A DNA stretch of 17,375 nt from Chthoniobacteraceae bacterium (GCA_037190965.1 JBBCKI010000033.1:1-17375); one strand, 5' to 3'; counted from the stretch's first letter, positions 1 to 7,910 are shown. A program made the numbers and translations. Notes: generated by a model from the sequence alone, not told the origin.

Positions 1-141
1 GCCATGCCGTAAGCTTGTCATTTTGGCGTCTTTCCAATCCGATTTTTCCTCACCTGTCTTCAGACAGGCTGCGGAAAATCGACTTGGAAATCCATCCCAA
101 CTGCCTGCGCTTTCGTCATACTCCATTTAATCAGCGATTCC
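1..141. mobile_element. Fold-back palindromic element (MITE-like), left end truncated by the window edge
   Basis: Imperfect inverted repeat centred on CCTGTC-TTCA-GACAGG (53-68), extended by TTTCCAA..CGATTTT / AAAATCG..TTGGAAA. The apical core CTCAC-[stem]-CTGCG resembles those at 3755 and 10103. The inferred right end TTTAATCAGCGATTCC lies about 80 nt from the centre and runs into CTAA at the araC stop codon. Confidence 0.7.
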
Positions 142-1097
142 TAAGATTGGACGTCTGATGCGGGGAGTCTTTGAGTGTAACGATAAACACCCGGGCTCGT
201 TCTGAAGTACTGCCGGAACTGGCGACTGAAGTGGCTCCGGCTGGGAAACCCAAAGCGGCACGAAATTTCTTCGATCGGCCGCGTCGTGTTGACGAGGTGG
301 CGTGCTGCCTCCTCAAGTCTCAGACGGGTGTGATAACGCTGGGGCGAGACGCCCACAGTATTTGTGAAAAGGGTAGTGAGGTACTTCTCCTGCAGGCCGA
401 GTAGCTTTGCATAACCTTTCATGTTCGGACGGATCGCGAGATTCTCCCGCATCCACCGGATCACCTTCGCGACGTGATGGTTTTGATAGAGCTCCGGCGA
501 TTGGGTTGGCACGCCTTTTGTACCAGCCAAGGGATGTGCGGCGGGGGTTCGACGGGAAAAGGGGTGGGCGGAAATGCCCCTGCTTTCCCGCAGGAGAAGG
601 ATGAACGTTTCCTGAGCGTAAATCGACAGTTGGCGCAGGTAGCCCGGCAATTGAAGCCGGAACTCTTCCCGCATGATTTCGATGAGATCCTGGAGTCGGC
701 TTACAGCCGCCGGGGAGAGATCGAGTGTGGGGCTGTCGCGGTCGACCAGCTCCCGAAGAATCGCCAGGGGATGATCCGGTCCGCGCGCAGGCCATCCCAT
801 TGGGGGGCGAACCGGCGGATCGAGCCGAAACAGCCCCGGATAGAACGCGATGGTTGTATTCTCAAAAGTGCCGGAGATTGCTTGGAGAGCGTGGGCCTCT
901 TTCGGCGGGCAGATATGAATTTGGTGGGCTTCAAAGCGAACCGACTTCCCTCGGTAGTCAAGCGATGCGTTGCCGCTGCGGAGGAAGATTAGTTCGTAAA
1001 AGAGGTGGCGATGAAGCGGGACATTCCGCTTTTCGGAATAGGCATAAATATCAAAGAGGGCGTGGCGGTTGCCAAGCGTCGGAAGAGGGGGAGGCAT
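141..1097 (-). CDS. AraC/XylS family transcriptional regulator (N-terminal cupin-like domain, C-terminal double HTH)
   Basis: 318 aa. N-terminal 'PLHRHLFYELIFLRSG..HICPPKEAHAL' cupin motif. C-terminal 'YLTTLFTNTVGVSPQRY..RLEEAARHL..IEEISCRFGFPSRSHFSRQFRQYFRTSPGVYR' AraC signature. Confidence 0.93.
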   Translation of the reverse strand: MPPPLPTLGNRHALFDIYAYSEKRNVPLHRHLFYELIFLRSGNASLDYRGKSVRFEAHQIHICPPKEAHALQAISGTFENTTIAFYPGLFRLDPPVRPPMGWPARGPDHPLAILRELVDRDSPTLDLSPAAVSRLQDLIEIMREEFRLQLPGYLRQLSIYAQETFILLLRESRGISAHPFSRRTPAAHPLAGTKGVPTQSPELYQNHHVAKVIRWMRENLAIRPNMKGYAKLLGLQEKYLTTLFTNTVGVSPQRYHTRLRLEEAARHLVNTTRPIEEISCRFGFPSRSHFSRQFRQYFRTSPGVYRYTQRLPASDVQS

Positions 1098-1174
1098 ATC
1101 CGGATGCCATATACCAACTTTAGCTCCGGCGCTACTGATGAATAGTAAACTTGCAGCCTGAAAGGCTGCGTCAA

Positions 1175-2797
1175 TTAAGCAAATGCCAGACGGCAGATCG
1201 CAATGGAAGCGATGATCCCCACGGCATCGGCGATCAAACCGGCGGGAATCGCGTGGCGAGTGCGCTTGATGGCGACCGAACCGAAGTAGAGGGCGATCAC
1301 GTAAAATGTGGTTTCCGTGCTGCCGAGAATGGTGCCTGCCGTGCGGGTAATCAGGCTGTCGGGCCCGAACGATTTGATGAGTTCCGCAAAAATGGCGTTG
1401 CTGCCGCTGCCGCTGAGCGGACGCATGAGGGAGAGCGGAAGCAGCTCTGGCGGGAAGCCGACCGCGCTCAGCAGAGGGCCAAGCGCGCTGGTGAGCAGAT
1501 CGACGCCGCCCGCGCTCCGGAACATCCCGATGGCGACGAGCATGGCCACCAGATACGGGATGATGCGGATACTGACGGTGAACCCCTCCTTGGCTCCTTC
1601 CACGAACTCTTCGTAAACCTTGACGCCGCGCAGCATCGCATAGAGCGGGAAGAAGGTCAGCAGCAGGGGGATGGCGAGGGCGGAGATCGCGTTGACGGCT
1701 CGCGCGATCGCGCTTTCCGGGCGGATGATTTTCGTGGCCCCGGTTTTTGCGATGGTGCGGCTTTTGCCATTGTCCAGACTAAGGACCAGTTCCTTGTCGG
1801 ATTCAGATTCAATGCGGCCTGTCAGCTTTTCGCCGGAGGAAAGGGTGAGTTCGCTCTCGCCCAGCACCAGCCCTTGGCGATTGATGCCGGTGGCCCAAAC
1901 TTTGGCCACGTTGGCGGGGGTGCCATCGATGGCGAGCGCGATTTCGGTGGGGGATTCCTCAATCAATTTCCCGCGTACGGTTTTACCGGAGGAGAGGGTG
2001 ACGGCAATCTCTCCCGGCGCCACGTATCCGGGATCGGAGGCTTTCGGAAAGGTGAGGGTGATGAAGATCCATGCAAAGAGCCCGGCCAGGATCGCTAGGC
2101 AGAGTTTCCCTTTTGCGCCCAGCGACGAAGGCGGTTCCTCCGTTACTGCGGCGCTGGCGTCGTCGGAATCAGCCTGGGTTGTATCCTGAGGGGGCGGCGT
2201 CGGCGCGGGAGGCAGGGCGTAGCCGGGCAGTTTTTCGAGGAACTTGACGGCTGCGATGCCCGCGATGCTTGAACAGGTAGTGGCGAGGAGCGCTGTGCCG
2301 ATGATGGCCGAGGGGCGCACCGATCCCGCCCCCGCGAGCAAGGCCACCGCCGTCGCGGGAACGAGCTGGACGGAGCTGGTGTTGATGGCGAGGAAGGTGC
2401 ACATCGCGTTGGTCGCGGTGCCGGGGCGCGGGTTGAGCTTTTCCAGTTCCGTCATCGCGCGCAGCCCAAGCGGGGTGGCCGCATTACCGAGGCCGAGCAT
2501 GTTGGCGGCCATGTTCATGACCATCGACCCCATGGCGGGGTGTTCCGGCGGCACATCGGGGAAGAGGCGGCGGAGCAGGGGCCGCAGCCCGCGCGCCAGC
2601 GCCGTGATGGCTCCAGCCTTGTCCGCCAGCCGCATGATCCCCAGCCAGAGCGCCATGGTGCCGATCAGGAAAATGGCCAGTTCCACCGCGAATTTGGCGG
2701 AGTCGAAAGCCCCCTGGGTGACCGCCTGAATTTTGCCGGTCGTCCCCCCGATCAGTACAGCCAGCAGGATAAGTCCGAACCAAATATAGTTTAACAT
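1175..2797 (-). CDS. spmAB: Fused SpmA-SpmB (nucleoside-recognition/Gate domain) membrane protein with an inserted soluble repeat domain
   Basis: 540 aa. SpmA-like 'MLNYIW..LWLGIMRLA..ANMLGLGNAATPLGLRAM..LAINTSSVQLVP'. SpmB-like 'VYEEFVEGAKEG..PYLVAMLVAIGMFR..RPLSGSG..GSTETTFYVIALYFGSV'. Confidence 0.9.
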   Translation of the reverse strand: MLNYIWFGLILLAVLIGGTTGKIQAVTQGAFDSAKFAVELAIFLIGTMALWLGIMRLADKAGAITALARGLRPLLRRLFPDVPPEHPAMGSMVMNMAANMLGLGNAATPLGLRAMTELEKLNPRPGTATNAMCTFLAINTSSVQLVPATAVALLAGAGSVRPSAIIGTALLATTCSSIAGIAAVKFLEKLPGYALPPAPTPPPQDTTQADSDDASAAVTEEPPSSLGAKGKLCLAILAGLFAWIFITLTFPKASDPGYVAPGEIAVTLSSGKTVRGKLIEESPTEIALAIDGTPANVAKVWATGINRQGLVLGESELTLSSGEKLTGRIESESDKELVLSLDNGKSRTIAKTGATKIIRPESAIARAVNAISALAIPLLLTFFPLYAMLRGVKVYEEFVEGAKEGFTVSIRIIPYLVAMLVAIGMFRSAGGVDLLTSALGPLLSAVGFPPELLPLSLMRPLSGSGSNAIFAELIKSFGPDSLITRTAGTILGSTETTFYVIALYFGSVAIKRTRHAIPAGLIADAVGIIASIAICRLAFA

Positions 2798-2832
2798 GAA
2801 ATAGAGAGGCCGGTGAAAGGTGCGTGCGGTAA

Positions 2833-3501
2833 TCAGCCTGCCGGCTGTGTTTGCTCTGGAGATAACCTTCGGTAATACCGAAGCGCCTCGATGCGCGGGG
2901 CGAGTTCGTGCAGCGGGAAGAGCCCCCGTGAGGCTCCCCCGCCGGGGTCGCAGATCAGATAATCCCAGCCCTGCTTTCCTGCGATGACGACGAAGTGATT
3001 GTTCGTGGGCATTTTGATGCGGACGATCACCGGGTTGCCGCGCATCAGGTTCCAGTCAATCCGCGCAAGCGAGGGGGCGTCCTCGTAGGCTTTCTCCGCC
3101 ACACCGGGGGCGAACTCGGCGGCCTTCTCCCAGTAGATCCACCCTTCCGGGGTGTAGCCTTCATTGTCGGTGAGGAACCGGTTGAGCCGACCGGGGTCGA
3201 TGTCGATTCCATAACTGGCCATCACCATCGCCGCCGAGGCGACGGCGCATCCTTCCGCGTGAAGGGTGGCCTCCGTGGGGCCAAGAAGGTCATCTTTCCA
3301 GCAGGGATCCCCCTGGGCAAAAACCGGCACGGAGAGGGCAACCCGCTTGGGAAAATAAAGGCCGCCCCGGGAGGAAACCGGCCTTGGCCATAACCAGTCG
3401 AGCAGCAGCATAAGAACGAGGAGAAGCGGCGCCGCCCATAGCAAATGCCGGAAAACCTTCCGGGAAAAGAGGCTTTGGCATAGGGCTTGCGGGCGCGACA
3501 T
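2833..3501 (-). CDS. Peptidase C39-like (papain-fold) protein with N-terminal membrane anchor
   Basis: 222 aa. Hydrophobic N-terminal helix; 'FAQGDP.W' (oxyanion Gln), 'GCAVASAAMV' (Cys), 'HFVVIAG' (His), 'ICDPG' (Asp). Confidence 0.85.
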   Translation of the reverse strand: MSRPQALCQSLFSRKVFRHLLWAAPLLLVLMLLLDWLWPRPVSSRGGLYFPKRVALSVPVFAQGDPCWKDDLLGPTEATLHAEGCAVASAAMVMASYGIDIDPGRLNRFLTDNEGYTPEGWIYWEKAAEFAPGVAEKAYEDAPSLARIDWNLMRGNPVIVRIKMPTNNHFVVIAGKQGWDYLICDPGGGASRGLFPLHELAPRIEALRYYRRLSPEQTQPAG

Positions 3502-3680
3502 CGGGCGGCACTATGGCACAACCGGGAAAAAATAAAAGCGGCCTCCTGCCTCGAATGAGTCGATTTCCACTCGAAACCCGGAGGCAACGTTCGCCGGTCC
3601 CAAGATAGGATGAAAAACGAATTGCAGGGACCGTGTTTTCCCGGGGATAATCATTGATCATGCCTTCCTCCTTGTCTGAA

Positions 3681-3853
3681 TTAAACCCGAACTCCGACGT
3701 TGGTCGCGGCGAACCGACACAGTTTGTTGGTCGCGAGTGCCTTTCGTCAAAGACTCACCGTATCTGAAGATACGCTTCGCTTTTCCTCAATGCATCGCGA
3801 CTCAACCTCTTGCGCCAGTTCATCCGCTCCAACATCGGAGTTCGGGTTAAACC
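3681..3853. mobile_element. Fold-back palindromic element copy A, inserted in the 5' end of fabF
   Basis: Terminal inverted repeat AACCCGAACTCCGA(C/T)GTTGG (3684-3703) / CCAACATCGGAGTTCGGGTT (3829-3848). Apical hairpin CGTATC-TGAA-GATACG (3759-3774). Direct repeat TTAAACC at 3681 and 3847, 166 bp apart. Homologous to 10031-10202. Confidence 0.9.
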
Positions 3854-5076
3854 GCGTGGTCATCACGTCGGCGGGAATTGTGAGCCCGTTGGGGACGGGT
3901 TGGGAGGAAACGCTCGATGCCCTTCTTTGTGCGCGCGACTGCGTGGCGCCGGTGCGCCTTTTCGATGCAAGCCGCTGTCGCTCGCATACCGCCGGGCAGG
4001 TGGATGATGCCCGGCTGGAGAAGCAGAAGACGGCAGGGGACAGACATGCGGCGGATCGCCACCGCGCCAGCCGGATGATGATCGCCGCCGCGCGGGAGAC
4101 GTTTCTCGGGGATCCCGATTTCCGACCGGAGGCCATGGTGATCGGCACCACCAGCGGCGGCATGAGTTTCGGTGAAGCTTTCTATCGTTCCCTTGTGCTT
4201 CCTTCCGGGGGGGAGCGGGGGCGGCAGCCGGGTTGGCTGGCCAACTATGCCCCGCAAAAGGCGGTGCTCGACGCTCAGGAAGCGGTCGGGTGCGACCGGT
4301 TTGACGTGCCATGTCAGGTAATCGCCAACGCCTGTGCCTCCGGCACCAATGCCATCGGGCATGCCTGGAACCTGATCCGCAGGGGATTCCGCACGCGGGT
4401 GCTCGCAGGGGGGTATGACGCGATTTCGGAACTGGTCTTTGTCGGGTTCGATTCGTTGCAGGCTTCCACGCCGGAGAAATGTCGTCCTTTCGATAAAAGG
4501 CGCACCGGGTTGGCGCTCGGCGAGGGCGCGGCGCTCATGGCGCTGGAGTCTCTGGAGTCCGCACTGGAACGTGGCGCGCCGATTCTGGGCGAGGTGGTCG
4601 GCTACGGGCTCTCCACCGACAACCATCACCTCACGCAGCCGCATCCTTCGGGTATCGGGCCGTTGCAGGCGATGCGGCGCGCCCTGGAGTCGGCGGGGCT
4701 TGCACCGGGCGACATTGGCTACATCAACGCCCACGGAACGGCCACTCCCTTCAACGACGCCACCGAAGGGGCCGCCATCGAACAGCTTTTCGGGAAGAAC
4801 GGCGTCCCGGTCAGTTCCACCAAGTCGCTTATGGGGCACTCCCTCGGCGCGGCGGGAGCCATCGAGGCGGTCTTTTCGCTGATGGCCATCCGGCATGGGT
4901 TTCTACCGCCCAACGCCAATTATCAGGAGGCAGACCCGCAATGGGAACTCGACATTGTGGCCAACACGGCGCGTCATGCCCGGGTGCAGCGAGTGCTTTC
5001 CAATTCGTTCGGTTTCGGCGGGACCAACGCGAGCCTGATCCTGCAGGCAGCAGAGGCGAAAGGAGGGGCACAGTGA
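3790..5076 (+). CDS. fabF: Beta-ketoacyl-ACP synthase (FabF/KAS II family); start uncertain (ancestral ATG probably 3660, in-frame ATG 3790 lies within the repeat)
   Basis: 'RVVITSAGIVSPLG', catalytic Cys 'ANACASG', His 'YINAHGTAT', His 'STKSLMGHSLGAAG', C-terminal 'SNSFGFGGTNASL'. Confidence 0.92.
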   Translation: MHRDSTSCASSSAPTSEFGLNRVVITSAGIVSPLGTGWEETLDALLCARDCVAPVRLFDASRCRSHTAGQVDDARLEKQKTAGDRHAADRHRASRMMIAAARETFLGDPDFRPEAMVIGTTSGGMSFGEAFYRSLVLPSGGERGRQPGWLANYAPQKAVLDAQEAVGCDRFDVPCQVIANACASGTNAIGHAWNLIRRGFRTRVLAGGYDAISELVFVGFDSLQASTPEKCRPFDKRRTGLALGEGAALMALESLESALERGAPILGEVVGYGLSTDNHHLTQPHPSGIGPLQAMRRALESAGLAPGDIGYINAHGTATPFNDATEGAAIEQLFGKNGVPVSSTKSLMGHSLGAAGAIEAVFSLMAIRHGFLPPNANYQEADPQWELDIVANTARHARVQRVLSNSFGFGGTNASLILQAAEAKGGAQ

Positions 5077-6191
5077 GCCTTGTTATCCGTGGAATGGGCT
5101 GGGTGACCCCGCTTGGCTGCGAGATGGAACCGGTCTGGCAGCGGCTGATGGCGGGGGACCGCGCCACGGTGCAGGAGGCCGGGCCGACTCTACAAGGCCG
5201 GGTTCCTTTCTACATCCCGACGCCGTTGGCGATGGTCGAGTCCCTGTCGCGAACGCCGCGCATCCGGCGTTCCAGCGCGATCACCTATTTTAGCGTGGCC
5301 GCCGGGTTGGCCGCTTTGAGGGATTCCGGCTGTCCGCTCGCGGCCAATGGCGCGTTGCCGCCGGAGGAAGCGGGCCGCACGGCGGTGATCTTTGCCATTT
5401 GCAGCGGCGGGGTGAATTACACCCGCCGTTTTTACGAAAAGGTGGTTGCCGAGGGCCCGGCTTCCGCGAGCCCGCTCCTTTTCCCGGAGACCGTGTATAA
5501 TGCTCCCGCCAGCCATCTGGCCGCGGTGCTTGGGATCGACGGGATGAGCTACACGCTTGTGGGCGATGCCAGCATTGGTCTCACCGCGCTGGGGTTTGCG
5601 CAGGAGATTCTCGCCTCCGATCCGTCCGTGGAACGCTGCGTGGTGGTGGGGGCGGAGGAATGCGACTGGATTCTCTGGCAGGGGTACGCCGCCTGGCGGT
5701 TGCTTTCGAAAGAGCCGTGCGTTCGTCTTCATGCCAATCCCCCCGGGGGAATGTTGCTGGCCGAAGGAGCTGCCGCTCTGGTGGTCGGGCGGCAGAGCCA
5801 GGATCGAGCGGCAGGCGAGGTCCGGGTTCATTCGGCGTCCGCCTCCTATTTCCGCCGTTCCCGAGCGGGTGCGGCGTTGGAAAACGTGCTGGGGAGGCTC
5901 CCCGTGGGCGGAGCCGGGCTGGTGATCGGATCCGCCAACGGCACATGGGTGGACCGCGTGGAGGCGGGTATCCTTTCGACGCATTTGCCGCAGGCCGCCG
6001 TCGCTCATCCGAAGGCGGCGCTTGGCGAAAGCCTCGGCGCAAGCGGCTTGACGCAAGTAGTGATCGCCGCACTCGCCCTCAAGCGCAACGAAGCGCCGGG
6101 AGCCGAGCTGGGAACGCCGCTGGAAAAGGCGGCCGTGACGACGATCGGGCTTAACCAGCAGGCGGCGGGAGCGGTCCTTTGGGCAGAATAA
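5073..6191 (+). CDS. Ketosynthase-like protein lacking catalytic residues (chain-length-factor-like partner)
   Basis: GTG at 5073 overlaps the fabF TGA (GTGA) with AGGAGGGG just upstream. KS motifs 'VIRGMGWVTPLG', 'SPLLFPETVYNAPASHLA', 'LAEGAAALVV'. The triad regions read 'VGDASIG', 'SANGT' and 'LGESLGASG', without Cys/His/His. Confidence 0.85.
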   Translation: MSLVIRGMGWVTPLGCEMEPVWQRLMAGDRATVQEAGPTLQGRVPFYIPTPLAMVESLSRTPRIRRSSAITYFSVAAGLAALRDSGCPLAANGALPPEEAGRTAVIFAICSGGVNYTRRFYEKVVAEGPASASPLLFPETVYNAPASHLAAVLGIDGMSYTLVGDASIGLTALGFAQEILASDPSVERCVVVGAEECDWILWQGYAAWRLLSKEPCVRLHANPPGGMLLAEGAAALVVGRQSQDRAAGEVRVHSASASYFRRSRAGAALENVLGRLPVGGAGLVIGSANGTWVDRVEAGILSTHLPQAAVAHPKAALGESLGASGLTQVVIAALALKRNEAPGAELGTPLEKAAVTTIGLNQQAAGAVLWAE

Positions 6192-6197
6192 ACGGAC

Positions 6198-6920
6198 CTA
6201 CTCGTCAAACGCCGCCGATGGCTTCCATGCTTTCCCTTTGCGTTCGCCGAAGATCGCGGTGCCAACGCGGATAAACGTTGCCCCCTCCTCGATGGCGATG
6301 GGGAAGTCGTGGCTCATCCCCATCGACAATTCGGGGAGAGGGACGCGGAATTCTTCGGAGATCCGGTCACGGGTTTCCCGCAGGGAGGTAAAGTATTTTC
6401 GGGAGTCTTCGGCCTTTGGTGTAAAGGGCGGGATCGCCATCAGCCCATCAATGGCGAGGCGGTCGAGCGTAAGGATTTCCTCCATCTGCGCTCGTAGCGT
6501 CTCGGGTTTGAATCCGTGCTTCGTGCCTTCCCCCGCGACATTGATTTCGAGAAGAACTTTGGGAAAAAGACCGAGGTCCGCAGCAACCCGGTTGACATCG
6601 CGCGCAATATCCAGAGAATCGACGCTGTGGATGCGTTCAAAAAGAGGGAGCGCTTGACGCACTTTGTTTGACTGAAGATGACCGATGAAATGCCAACGGA
6701 TACGGCTGGGGAGGAGCGCTGCTTTCGCTCGTGCTTCTTGGACCCTGTTTTCCCCCATCAACAATTGCCCGGCAGCAACCGCCTCCGCCACGGTTTCCGG
6801 GCTATGGACCTTGCTTACGGCGATCAATTGGATCTCCGAAGGATCACGGCCTGCTCTCTTGGCCGCCTCGGCGATTTGTAAACGGATGGATTGAAGGTTT
6901 TCGGAAATCGACGGGTTCAT
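6198..6920 (-). CDS. yggS: YggS family pyridoxal-phosphate homeostasis protein
   Basis: 240 aa. 'LIAVSK', 'GENRVQE', 'WHFIGHLQSNK', 'GLMAIPP', 'LSMGMSHDF.IAIEEGAT.IRVGTAIFG'. Confidence 0.97.
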   Translation of the reverse strand: MNPSISENLQSIRLQIAEAAKRAGRDPSEIQLIAVSKVHSPETVAEAVAAGQLLMGENRVQEARAKAALLPSRIRWHFIGHLQSNKVRQALPLFERIHSVDSLDIARDVNRVAADLGLFPKVLLEINVAGEGTKHGFKPETLRAQMEEILTLDRLAIDGLMAIPPFTPKAEDSRKYFTSLRETRDRISEEFRVPLPELSMGMSHDFPIAIEEGATFIRVGTAIFGERKGKAWKPSAAFDE

Positions 6921-6965
6921 AAAAGCAATGTTGACCCATAAAGGCCGGAGCTATTAGGATGTTTA

Positions 6966-7901
6966 ATGTTTCCCATGCACATTGAGACGCTCAAAATTTT
7001 TTGCGATGTGGTAGACACCGCCAGCTTTTCAAAGGCGGGCGCTCTTAATTCCATGACACAGAGCGCGGTGAGTCAACAGATTCTCTCTTTGGAGAAGAAA
7101 CTTGGGCGCACCTTGCTCGAACGGGGGCGGCGTCAATGCTGCGTGACGCCGGAGGGAGCCGTGCTGCTGGATGCCGCCAAGGAGATCCTGGCGATCTACG
7201 ACGGTCTCGACGAACGCTTCCACGAGCTTGCCGACGTGGTGGCCGGGGAAATCCATATCGCGGCGGTCTATTCGATCGGGTTGCACGATCTGCCCCCGTA
7301 CCTCAAGGAATTCCGCCGCCGTTACCCCACGGTCGATGTGCATGTCTCCTACCGCCGCTCCGCGCAGGTCTACGCGCAGGTGCTCAGCGGTGAGGCCAAC
7401 ATGGGCCTCGTGGCGTATCCCGCCATGCGGAAGGGGATTCACGTCGAGCCGTTCATGGACGATGAACTCGTTCTCATTTGCCACCCCGCGCACCCGTTCG
7501 CGACCTGTGACCAGATGGAACCGTCGGCGCTCAAGAACGAGAAATTTATCGCTTTCGACCCCGATCTTCCCACACGGCAGTTCATCGACCGCCATTTTCG
7601 CGAACAGGGGGTAATGCTTGGGCATACCCTGGAGTTCGACAACATCGAGACTGTCAAGCGGGCGGTGGAGATCGAGCAAGGCGTTTCCATTGTCCCCCTC
7701 GCGAGCGTTCGCTCAGAGGTGGAGACCGGAACACTCAAGGCGATTTCGCTCAATCCGAAATTGCGTCGGCCCATCGGCATCCTCTTTAAGAGGAACCGCC
7801 CCCGGACCCCGGCGCTCCGGGAGTTTCTCGTGCTGCTCCAAAGCGTGCGCGCGAAGCTCGACCCGCTACGGATTCCATCGGAGACGGGGGTTTCGGAGTA
7901 G
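6966..7901 (+). CDS. LysR family transcriptional regulator
   Basis: HTH 'SFSKAGALNSMTQSAVSQQILSLEKKLG.TLLER' plus LysR substrate-binding domain. Start may be ATG 6975. Divergent from yggS across 45 bp. Confidence 0.95.
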   Translation: MFPMHIETLKIFCDVVDTASFSKAGALNSMTQSAVSQQILSLEKKLGRTLLERGRRQCCVTPEGAVLLDAAKEILAIYDGLDERFHELADVVAGEIHIAAVYSIGLHDLPPYLKEFRRRYPTVDVHVSYRRSAQVYAQVLSGEANMGLVAYPAMRKGIHVEPFMDDELVLICHPAHPFATCDQMEPSALKNEKFIAFDPDLPTRQFIDRHFREQGVMLGHTLEFDNIETVKRAVEIEQGVSIVPLASVRSEVETGTLKAISLNPKLRRPIGILFKRNRPRTPALREFLVLLQSVRAKLDPLRIPSETGVSE

Positions 7902-7910
7902 GCAGCGCTT

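Noticed and set aside
3678..3692. TTA AAC followed by a hairpin as a -1 frameshift signal
   Set aside because: The heptamer is A-TTA-AAC, not X-XXY-YYZ, and reaching the fabF frame needs a +1 shift rather than -1.
3700..3789. TTG 3700 as the fabF start
   Set aside because: It lies within the 5' arm of the palindromic element with no RBS, and the extension is repeat-derived. ATG 3660 (ancestral) or ATG 3790 is more plausible.
4941..5072. N-terminal extension of the second KS ORF
   Set aside because: It overlaps the fabF C-terminus. GTG 5073 has a strong RBS, a GTGA overlap and matches the KS N-terminal motif.
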